DNA of 24,087 nucleotides, from contig JAYUUO010000270.1 in the NCBI GenBank assembly GCA_043754515.1, positions 1 to 24,087 on the forward strand, given 5' to 3'. Below the pieces are notes generated by a model. It ran no database searches. It was given only the letters and a program-made list of their open reading frames with translations, and was not told where the DNA came from. Below are positions 16,842 to 24,087 of the stretch, piece by piece. Numbering within the stretch: position 1 is the stretch's first letter; each line of letters begins with the position of its first letter. This stretch comes from Armatimonadota bacterium. GTDB taxonomy: Bacteria; Armatimonadota; Armatimonadia; Armatimonadales; Armatimonadaceae. Both the position numbers and the translations under genes were made by a program.

Positions 16842-17642
16842 ATGCCGACAGGACCGAAAACATTGCCACTGGAAAAGCCGAAACCGCAACAATCGAAGCC
16901 GAAGATATTCAAAGGCGTCTGCGTCTACTGCGGATCGCGCGCAATTCAAATGGCCGGCAAACCCCGCGGGAAGCAATGCTACCGGTGCAAGACATGCGGG
17001 CGTTACATGGGCGGCTTCCCCGTTCCGGCACGGAGTCTCTCCGGGCACAAGAGCACTGAGCAAGGCCTCCACTGCCCGAAGTGCCGCGGCGCGGCGCGGA
17101 TACACGAGCGGGTGGACGAGCGGCGGTCGCGCCTGCGTTGCGACGTCTGCGGGTACTGCTTCACCGACTGCTACTGGATCGCGCCGCCCGACCGGGAGGG
17201 GGGACCGTTCCCGTACCAGAAGACATTCTACCTGGACATCAGTGCGTTCCGGGCACTGATGGAGTTGAGCCGGGAGACCGGACTCGGTTACGCCCGAGCG
17301 ATCCGCCTCGTGCTTCGCGAGGAGGCGTGGGCATCGCCGGTGTACGCGATCGCGACGCGCGGGCGGGTACTACGGCGGCCCCGACCCACATTGGAAATGC
17401 CCGCGCCGCATGTGCTCGCGGCACGATTGCCGGATGTTAGCCGGGCGCGGATCGGGGAGCGTGCGGCGAAGACCGAAGCGGGCGTGAAAGGGTTCATCCG
17501 AACGGTCGGGGTGGTGGCGGCGATCGGCGTCTCGATGGACGCGGTGGCGAAGGCAGGCCTGCTCAAAGGCATGGCGAAGTACGGGTGCGACCACCAGCAG
17601 GCGATACGGCATCTGCTCACGGACCGCCCCCGCGCCCGATGA
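16842..17642 (+). CDS. Hypothetical DNA-binding protein: two IS1 InsA-like Zn ribbons plus two RHH-like segments
   Basis: CVYC/CKTC and CPKC/CDVC pairs; KTFYLDISAFRALMELSRETGLGYARAIRLVL and IGVSMDAVAKAGLLKGMAKYGCDHQQAIRHLL; AGGAG RBS. Confidence 0.7.
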   Translation: MPTGPKTLPLEKPKPQQSKPKIFKGVCVYCGSRAIQMAGKPRGKQCYRCKTCGRYMGGFPVPARSLSGHKSTEQGLHCPKCRGAARIHERVDERRSRLRCDVCGYCFTDCYWIAPPDREGGPFPYQKTFYLDISAFRALMELSRETGLGYARAIRLVLREEAWASPVYAIATRGRVLRRPRPTLEMPAPHVLAARLPDVSRARIGERAAKTEAGVKGFIRTVGVVAAIGVSMDAVAKAGLLKGMAKYGCDHQQAIRHLLTDRPRAR

Positions 17643-17712
17643 ACGCGGTTCCGGGCGTCACGCGGGTGTCGTACGCGGGTTTCAACCCGCGTGACAGGCT
17701 CGCCGCCCTCCC

Positions 17713-18078
17713 TCATCGCGCGGGCGCGACATCGCGTGGCACAGTCGCCCGCTCCCGCGCCGCGCCATCATCCGGCACGAGTTGCACGCGGATTCCCAGC
17801 GCGGGCAAAGTCTGTAACACCGTGACGAACTGTGGATTGCCTTTGCCCGAGAGCGACTTATAGAACGACGCGCGGGTGCGGCCGACGCGCCGGGCGACGT
17901 CCGCTACCGACTCCGTCGCCGTGATGACGTCGCGCAGGGCCAGCAGGAAGACCCCGATGTCGCCGCCCGCCTGTGCTTCCTCAAGACACGCCTGCAAATA
18001 ACCCGCCGCGAAGTCCGGGTCGCTCAGGTCGCCTCGAAGGTCGGTCTCAACCAACTCCTCAAACGTTCTCAATTTCAT
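17713..18078 (-). CDS. Addiction module antidote protein (HI1420-like HTH antitoxin)
   Basis: AAGYLQACLEE...FLLALRDV...VARRVGRTRASFYKSLSGKGNPQFVTVLQTLPALG. Confidence 0.9.
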   Translation of the reverse strand: MKLRTFEELVETDLRGDLSDPDFAAGYLQACLEEAQAGGDIGVFLLALRDVITATESVADVARRVGRTRASFYKSLSGKGNPQFVTVLQTLPALGIRVQLVPDDGAARERATVPRDVAPAR

Positions 18079-18147
18079 CCTTGTACCTCTTCCACAACGT
18101 GGGAAACACCCGTGACAATTCTTGCACCTCTGACTCGCCCGAATGCC

Positions 18148-21100
18148 TCACCCCAGCCCGAAATACCGCTCGAAGAAGGCGGCAAGCCTGTCCAGCACCG
18201 TCTGCTTCTTCGCCGAATGGTTGTTGTTCAGGGAGAACCGCGAGACCGGCGGTAATATCTTCGTGATCGCGGTGCCGGCGGTCGGAATCCCGCCGTCGCG
18301 GAAGGCGTTATCTACGAACGCCTTCGTCTCGTCGGGGTTGAGGCCCTCGTCGGCGATGATGCGGTCGAGTTCCTCGGCCTTCTTCTTCGCGATGAAAGTG
18401 AGCCATTCCGCGTCTACCTTCGCCGCCGTCGAAACGGAATCAACGAACTGTTCGATGAGGTCTTTCTTGTTGCGAAGCGACGGGCTGGCGTTGATCGCAC
18501 GCTCGATGGTCGCGCGGATTTCCACGTCCTTCCCGGTCCCCTTCGCCTTCAGATAACGCTCCACCAGCATCAGGATGTAATCCACATTGATTTCAACCTG
18601 CTTGATCAGTTCGATCTCGAAGACTATGTCGTCGTTGATAGGCTCCTTCTCCGCATCAGACGCGTTGCGGAACTCGGCATACAGGTTCAGGTAGCAACTC
18701 TGGTAATCCTGAAAATCGCGCTCGCTGAGGAGTTCGTTGCCCGCGAAGTCGTCGAAGGCCGTGAGGATATTCTTCAGTCGCAGGATAGAGCCGAACAGCC
18801 TGATGAATGCCTTCTGCGCCGCTTCGCCCGTGATGGCCGTGCCGAGCGGGAACAGCACACCCAGTTCGGTGACCTTGTCCCGGTACTCCGTGTAGTAGTC
18901 CGCGTAAGGCTTGAGCAGCACGATGCCCTTAGCCTCCTTGTTGCCGAACAACGCGAGCGCGTCGTTCGTCTCCTGTTCCAGATCGCGGAAGGAAACGATA
19001 TTGCCGTAGGTCTTGACCGAATTAAGGATGCGGTTGGTACGCGAAAACGCCTGAATCAGCCCGTGCGCACGCAAGTTTTTGTCCACCCAGAGCGTGTTCA
19101 GTGTCGTGGCGTCGAAGCCAGTCAGGAACATATTCACCACGATGACAAGGTCGAGTTCGCGGTCTTTCAGGCGCTGTGACAGATCCTTGTAGTAGTTCTG
19201 AAACTTGTCGGTGGAGGTATCGTAGCTGGTCCCGAACAGGGCGTTGTAGTCCTGAATCGCCGTATCCAGAAAATCGCGCGAACTCTGATCCAGCCGTTCG
19301 GTCTCGAACTCTTCTTCGTCGAGCAGATCCACTTCGCCCTCGTTCACGGCAAAACTGTAAATGATGCCAACTTTGAGCCGTCGCGCCTCCGGGAGGTCCT
19401 TCTGTTGGTTCTTGAACTCGGTGTAGTAGCGTTTGGCGGCGTCAATAGAAGCCGTAGCGAACAGCGAGTTGAACCCGATTTTTCGTTTGCCGTCCACCGA
19501 GTAACTGGCACTACGCTTTGTCTTCTGGTCGAAATGTTCGCGGATGTAGTCAACGATTCGCGTGATGCGCTCCGGGGCGAGGAGTGCCCGCTCCGTATCA
19601 ATGGCCGATACTTTTTTGTCGCGAACGTTCGGCGCGGTCTTGATGGTGGCGATGTAGTCAATGCGGAACGGCAACACGTTCTTGTCGTTGATGGCATCCA
19701 CGATGGTGTAAGTGTGCAGTTTGTCGCCGAACGCCTGTTCCGTGATCCGTAGCTTCGGGTTGCCGGATGTCGCCGCGTTGTCGGCGAAGATCGGCGTGCC
19801 GGTGAAACCGAACAGGTGATACCGCTTAAAGGCGCGGGTAATCTCCGTGTGCATATCTCCAAACTGGCTACGGTGGCATTCGTCGAAGATCACCACCACC
19901 TGCTTGTCATAGACCGGATGCTTTGTGTTTCTGCCAACGAAGCTACTGAGTTTCTGGATGGTGGTGATGATGATGCGCGCATTCGTATCTTCGAGTTGTT
20001 TTTTCAGCACCGCCGTTGATGTGCTGGAGTTGGCCGCACCCTTCTCGAAACGTTCGTACTCGCGCATGGTCTGGTAGTCCAGATCCTTACGATCCACCAC
20101 GAACAGCACTTTGTCAATCGCTGTCAGTCCGCGCGCCAACTGCGCGGCCTTGAAGCTGGTCAGTGTCTTGCCGGAGCCGGTGGTATGCCAGATATAGCCA
20201 CCCGCCGAAAGGGTGCCGAGCTGCCGGTGATTGGTCGCGGTGGCGATGCGCTGCAAGATGCGTTCGGCGGCGACGATCTGGTAGGGGCGCATTACCAGCA
20301 GTTTGCGGTCCACGTCGAACACGCAGTACCGGGTGAGGATATTCAGCAACGTGTGTTTGGCGAAAAACGTCCGGGTAAAATCAGTCAGTTCTCTAATCTG
20401 CCGGTTCAACGCATCCGCCCACCAACTGGTGAAAGCGAAACTGTTGGAAGTCTTCTTGCGGTCGCGCTTGTTGCGTTGCTCGGCCAGGTGGCCGTCGCGC
20501 GTGGTGTTACTGTAGTATTTGGTGAGTGTTCCGTTGCTGATAACAAACAACTGGACATACTCGAACAGGCCCGACCCGGCCCAGAAGCTATCGCGCTGGT
20601 AGCGGTCAATCTGGTTGAACGCCTCGCGGATGTCCACGCCCCGGCGCTTCAGTTCCACATGCACCAGCGGAAGACCGTTGACCAGCACGGTCACGTCGTA
20701 GCGGTTGGCGTGTTTGCCTTCTATCTCGTACTGGTTGATGACCTGGAGGCGGTTGTTGTGGATGTTTTGCTTGTCCAGCAGGTAGATGTTTTTGGTGCTG
20801 CCGTCGTCGCGCTTGAGGATCTGTACAGGATCTTCCTGAATGCGCGCGGTTTTCTCGACGATGCCTTCATTAGCTGCGGCAATTTTTTCCGTGAAGAACT
20901 GTTGCCACTCGGCGTCGCTAAACAGGGTGTTGTTCAGTGCCTCCAATTGGCACCGCAGGTTGGCGGCAAGATCGGCTTCGCTGGTGATGCGCAGAAACGC
21001 GTACGCCTGGCTCTGCAACTGCTTGAGGAAAGCCTGTTCCAGCGCGCCCTCGCTCTGATAGCTCTCCGCCCGCTCCCGGTTTCCGGGTGCGAACTCGGCA

Positions 21101-21165
21101 ACGACCGTGCTCTCGCTGGATAGCGCGATCGGCTCAATATGGTAGGGTGGGGGGGCTTCGTTCAT
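18148..21165 (-). CDS. hsdR: Type I restriction endonuclease subunit R
   Basis: DVTVLVNGLPLVHVELK nuclease motif, HTTGSGKT Walker A, DECHR, FTGTP, MFLTGFD, QAFSRTNR. Confidence 0.97.
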   Translation of the reverse strand: MNEAPPPYHIEPIALSSESTVVAEFAPGNRERAESYQSEGALEQAFLKQLQSQAYAFLRITSEADLAANLRCQLEALNNTLFSDAEWQQFFTEKIAAANEGIVEKTARIQEDPVQILKRDDGSTKNIYLLDKQNIHNNRLQVINQYEIEGKHANRYDVTVLVNGLPLVHVELKRRGVDIREAFNQIDRYQRDSFWAGSGLFEYVQLFVISNGTLTKYYSNTTRDGHLAEQRNKRDRKKTSNSFAFTSWWADALNRQIRELTDFTRTFFAKHTLLNILTRYCVFDVDRKLLVMRPYQIVAAERILQRIATATNHRQLGTLSAGGYIWHTTGSGKTLTSFKAAQLARGLTAIDKVLFVVDRKDLDYQTMREYERFEKGAANSSTSTAVLKKQLEDTNARIIITTIQKLSSFVGRNTKHPVYDKQVVVIFDECHRSQFGDMHTEITRAFKRYHLFGFTGTPIFADNAATSGNPKLRITEQAFGDKLHTYTIVDAINDKNVLPFRIDYIATIKTAPNVRDKKVSAIDTERALLAPERITRIVDYIREHFDQKTKRSASYSVDGKRKIGFNSLFATASIDAAKRYYTEFKNQQKDLPEARRLKVGIIYSFAVNEGEVDLLDEEEFETERLDQSSRDFLDTAIQDYNALFGTSYDTSTDKFQNYYKDLSQRLKDRELDLVIVVNMFLTGFDATTLNTLWVDKNLRAHGLIQAFSRTNRILNSVKTYGNIVSFRDLEQETNDALALFGNKEAKGIVLLKPYADYYTEYRDKVTELGVLFPLGTAITGEAAQKAFIRLFGSILRLKNILTAFDDFAGNELLSERDFQDYQSCYLNLYAEFRNASDAEKEPINDDIVFEIELIKQVEINVDYILMLVERYLKAKGTGKDVEIRATIERAINASPSLRNKKDLIEQFVDSVSTAAKVDAEWLTFIAKKKAEELDRIIADEGLNPDETKAFVDNAFRDGGIPTAGTAITKILPPVSRFSLNNNHSAKKQTVLDRLAAFFERYFGLG

Positions 21166-22361
21166 CGGGCTTCCTGGAACGTGAGTAGTCGGTCTCGGTA
21201 GTGCTCGTACTGCTGACGGCGTGCTTTGATCTCGGCGGGCAGGCCGGAGGAGAGGTCATTCACCAGCGCATCGAACTTGTCGAGGATGCCAACAATACGC
21301 TCCTGCTCTTCGAGAGGAGGAACGGGGATAGTATACGCCTCAAAGTCCTTTACGCGAACATGGGGAACTCCGCTACCCTTTTTCATCGAATGAAGATGTT
21401 CCTGTTTATTCCGAAGAACGTAATAGACATATTTTGGTTCGAGTATCTTGATATCCGGGTGAACGCTGAACGCATCAGTGAGAAAGATAGGTTGGTTCCA
21501 GAAACTTACGAACCCTGCATAGGCGCCCGATCTCGCTACGACAACCGTTTCGCCGTTCCTGTTGCTTTCAGCGTGGAAATATATGGGCATTGGACCATTC
21601 GCAACGACAGGGATTTCTCCGCGGATCGTATTCTTTTCCGTAATTGCCGTCCCTCGAAAAAAAGTGGCAATTTCACCCAGTTTCGTCCACCTTATCGGGT
21701 ATGATCGTTTGACTGTCTGACTATTTGCGCTATCTATATCTTCGTCAAAAGTGAGCAGGGCGTCGCGGTAGTATTTGTATTGTTGCCGACGCGCTTCCAA
21801 CTCTGCCTCAAGCTCCGCCTCAAGCTTGGTAAACGTATCTAGCACTTTCACGATTTCATACTGGATTTCAAGCGGCGGAACCGGAATGCGAATCTTTGCA
21901 AGACTCTTGGCCGACACATCGATGACCTTCGTACCTGTAGCCTGCTTCTTTTTCTGCGCGAAGAAATTAGGTGTGCGGAAGTAGTACGACAGGTACTTCG
22001 GGTCTTGTCTGTGCTTGATTACCGTAGCGTGACCGCCAGCGACAATTTGCGACTCGCCGAGCCACGCGACCGCCTTACACACGTCTTCGATGTTTTCGCT
22101 GGTGTTAGTGATGATTAGATCGCCCGGATTCACCTTGGCGAGCGGCGCAGCGGTTTTGGTAGCAACGAATGACTTGGTTTCGGTCGTCCATATGCCATAG
22201 TGCGTGTAAATCTGGCCATAATGGATGCAGCCGACGCCATCTTCCGTAAAATCTGACTTGGGCATTCCATTGCCACGAACTAGTTCAGCAATATCTCCCA
22301 GTGCTTTGAATTCCACGCCATTCGGGCAACGCTTGGCAATCAAGTCGTCAATGCGGCTCAT
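21162..22361 (-). CDS. hsdS: Type I R-M specificity subunit S
   Basis: Two TRDs, each followed by IPVPPLE.Q conserved regions; LEAE repeats; visibly AT-richer TRD2. Confidence 0.95.
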   Translation of the reverse strand: MSRIDDLIAKRCPNGVEFKALGDIAELVRGNGMPKSDFTEDGVGCIHYGQIYTHYGIWTTETKSFVATKTAAPLAKVNPGDLIITNTSENIEDVCKAVAWLGESQIVAGGHATVIKHRQDPKYLSYYFRTPNFFAQKKKQATGTKVIDVSAKSLAKIRIPVPPLEIQYEIVKVLDTFTKLEAELEAELEARRQQYKYYRDALLTFDEDIDSANSQTVKRSYPIRWTKLGEIATFFRGTAITEKNTIRGEIPVVANGPMPIYFHAESNRNGETVVVARSGAYAGFVSFWNQPIFLTDAFSVHPDIKILEPKYVYYVLRNKQEHLHSMKKGSGVPHVRVKDFEAYTIPVPPLEEQERIVGILDKFDALVNDLSSGLPAEIKARRQQYEHYRDRLLTFQEAR

Positions 22362-23929
22362 ACCTCCTCGCCTTCAAGGTCGGCGACGATGGCATCAATC
22401 TGGGTACGCAGTTCCGCCTGCCGCGCCACAATCCCCGCGATCTTCGCGTTGAGTGCCGTAATGTCCACCGCCTCGCTCGTGTCTTCCTGTTCCACATAGG
22501 ACGACACGGCGATATTGTAGCCGTTTGCAGCAATGTCGGCGTTCTCGACCAGACGCGCGAAATGGTCGGCATTGGTGCGCGCCGTGAAAGCGGCCAGAAT
22601 CTTTTGCTGGTTGTCCCCGGTCAGCCTGTTTTTGTTGCCGTCGCGCGTGAACTCAGCGGAGGCATTGATGAACAGCGTCGCGTTATCGCGCTTGGACTTC
22701 TTAAGCACGACAATACAGGTGGCAATCGTCGTGCCGAAAAACAGATCCGGCGGCAGCTGGATGACAGCATCAACGTAGTTGTTGTCTATCAGGTACTGGC
22801 GGATTTTCTGCTCCGCGCCGCCGCGATAAAGGACGCCGGGGAACTCGACAATGGCAGCCGTGCCGTTGACAGCGAGCCATGACAGGATATGCAGGGTGAA
22901 GGCGAGATCGGCCTTGCTTTTGGGGGCCAGTACGCCAGCCGGTGCGAAGCGCGGATCGTTAATTAAAAGCGGGTTGCTGTCGCCCGCCCAATTGAGGGAG
23001 TACGGCGGATTGGAAACAATGGCCTCGAAGGGTTCTTCGTCCCAATGCGCGGGGTCGGTCAATGTATCGCCATGGGCGATGTCGAACTTTTCGTAGTTCA
23101 CATCATGCAGGAACATATTGATCCGGCACAGGTTGTAGGTGGTCTCGTTGATTTCCTGACCGAAGAAACCCTGCCGCACCTTATCCAGCCCCAGCACTTT
23201 GGCGAATTTGAGCAGCAGCGAGCCGGAGCCGCAGGCCGGATCATAGACCTTGTTGACCTCGGTTTTGCCGACAACAGTGATGCGGGCCAGCAACTCGGAA
23301 ACTTCCTGCGGGGTGTAATACTCGCCGCCGGATTTACCCGCGGTCGAGGCGTACATCTGCATCAGGTATTCGTAAGCGTCGCCAAACAGGTCAATGGTGT
23401 TATCCGAGAAACTGCCCAGCGGCAGATCACCGATGGCATCGAGCAGTTTCACCAATTTTTCATTCCGCTTAGCAACCGTGGGGCCTAGCTTGTTGCTGTT
23501 GACATCAAGATCTGCGAACAGCCCCTTAAAGTCGTCTTCGCTGTCCGCGCCGAGGGAGGACCCTTCGATGCTTTTGAATACGCCCGAAAGGGTTTCGTTG
23601 AGGTTCGCGTCGAGCCGCGCACGCTGGCGCACCGTGACGAACAGATGGGAGGGCAGGATATAGAAGCCCTTCTCCTTCACCGTCTCAGCGCGACCCCGTT
23701 CCGCGTCGGTATCGGAAAGCGTAGCGTAGTCGAATGTTTCTTGTCCCGCGCTTCTTTCCCCGTGGTTTAGATAGGCGGAAATGTTCTCCGAGACGAAACG
23801 GTAGAACAGCATGCCGAGCACGTAGCTCTTGAAGTCCCAGCCATCTACGCTTCCGCGCATGTCGTTCGCGATCCGCCAGATAGTTTTGTGCAATTCCGCC
23901 CGTTCCGCTTTATTGTTGTGGGTATTCAT
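22358..23929 (-). CDS. hsdM: Type I R-M N6-adenine methyltransferase subunit M
   Basis: GEYYTP, YDPACGSGSLL (SAM binding), NPPY. Confidence 0.97.
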   Translation of the reverse strand: MNTHNNKAERAELHKTIWRIANDMRGSVDGWDFKSYVLGMLFYRFVSENISAYLNHGERSAGQETFDYATLSDTDAERGRAETVKEKGFYILPSHLFVTVRQRARLDANLNETLSGVFKSIEGSSLGADSEDDFKGLFADLDVNSNKLGPTVAKRNEKLVKLLDAIGDLPLGSFSDNTIDLFGDAYEYLMQMYASTAGKSGGEYYTPQEVSELLARITVVGKTEVNKVYDPACGSGSLLLKFAKVLGLDKVRQGFFGQEINETTYNLCRINMFLHDVNYEKFDIAHGDTLTDPAHWDEEPFEAIVSNPPYSLNWAGDSNPLLINDPRFAPAGVLAPKSKADLAFTLHILSWLAVNGTAAIVEFPGVLYRGGAEQKIRQYLIDNNYVDAVIQLPPDLFFGTTIATCIVVLKKSKRDNATLFINASAEFTRDGNKNRLTGDNQQKILAAFTARTNADHFARLVENADIAANGYNIAVSSYVEQEDTSEAVDITALNAKIAGIVARQAELRTQIDAIVADLEGEEV

Positions 23930-24003
23930 CTAAGAAGCAATATTCACGAGCGAACATCTATTCTCCTGCGAAGCCACCCAATAAAGAAACACCTGCGCGT
24001 CCT

Positions 24004-24075
24004 CTGCCCCCTCTTTCATTCCGATGAGAGAGGGGGCAGGGAAAAATGCGCGGCGCATTTGTTCCGGGGGGTGAG
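24004..24075. repeat. Composite palindromic element (REP/MITE-like)
   Basis: CTGCCCCCTCT-TTCAT-TCCG-ATGAG-AGAGGGGGCAG hairpin, second hairpin GGAAAAATGCG-CGG-CGCATTTGTTCC, then GGGGGGTGAG. Confidence 0.6.
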
Positions 24076-24087
24076 AGAACACGCGAG

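Noticed and set aside
16842..17642. IS1-family transposase
   Set aside because: No DDE/InsB frame and no terminal inverted repeats found.
21700..21745. Phase-variable simple repeat in the hsdS linker
   Set aside because: Only an imperfect AGTCAGAC-AGTCAAAC pair, too short to be a slippage tract.

Overview
GC-rich bacterial window; the PEP-CTERM-like protein, glycine-zipper protein and secreted FAD oxidoreductase hint at Armatimonadota or a similar lineage (weak inference). Left to right: a frameshifted small Zn-ribbon gene; a xanthorhodopsin/Gloeobacter-type DTE proton-pumping rhodopsin; an unannotated ~310-nt highly structured element behind a sigma70-like promoter (candidate novel ncRNA, or a MITE); a translationally coupled Nudix-ubiX pair; a secreted FAD oxidoreductase; a TetR-ECF sigma pair sharing a TGAC-N15-GTCA motif; Gfo/Idh/MocA and HAD enzymes; a glycine-zipper protein with a sigmaB-like promoter; a TagA/CpsF glycosyltransferase; an esterase remnant; GH30-malectin; a PEP-CTERM-like protein; trpE; an ABM protein; a double Zn-ribbon/RHH-like protein; an orphan antitoxin; and a complete type I R-M system (hsdM-hsdS-hsdR). 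Best leads: the structured element at 1744-2054, the TetR-controlled ECF sigma without an adjacent anti-sigma, Nudix-ubiX coupling, and the helix-B variant of the rhodopsin. All family calls come from manual motif recognition; no database searches were run.
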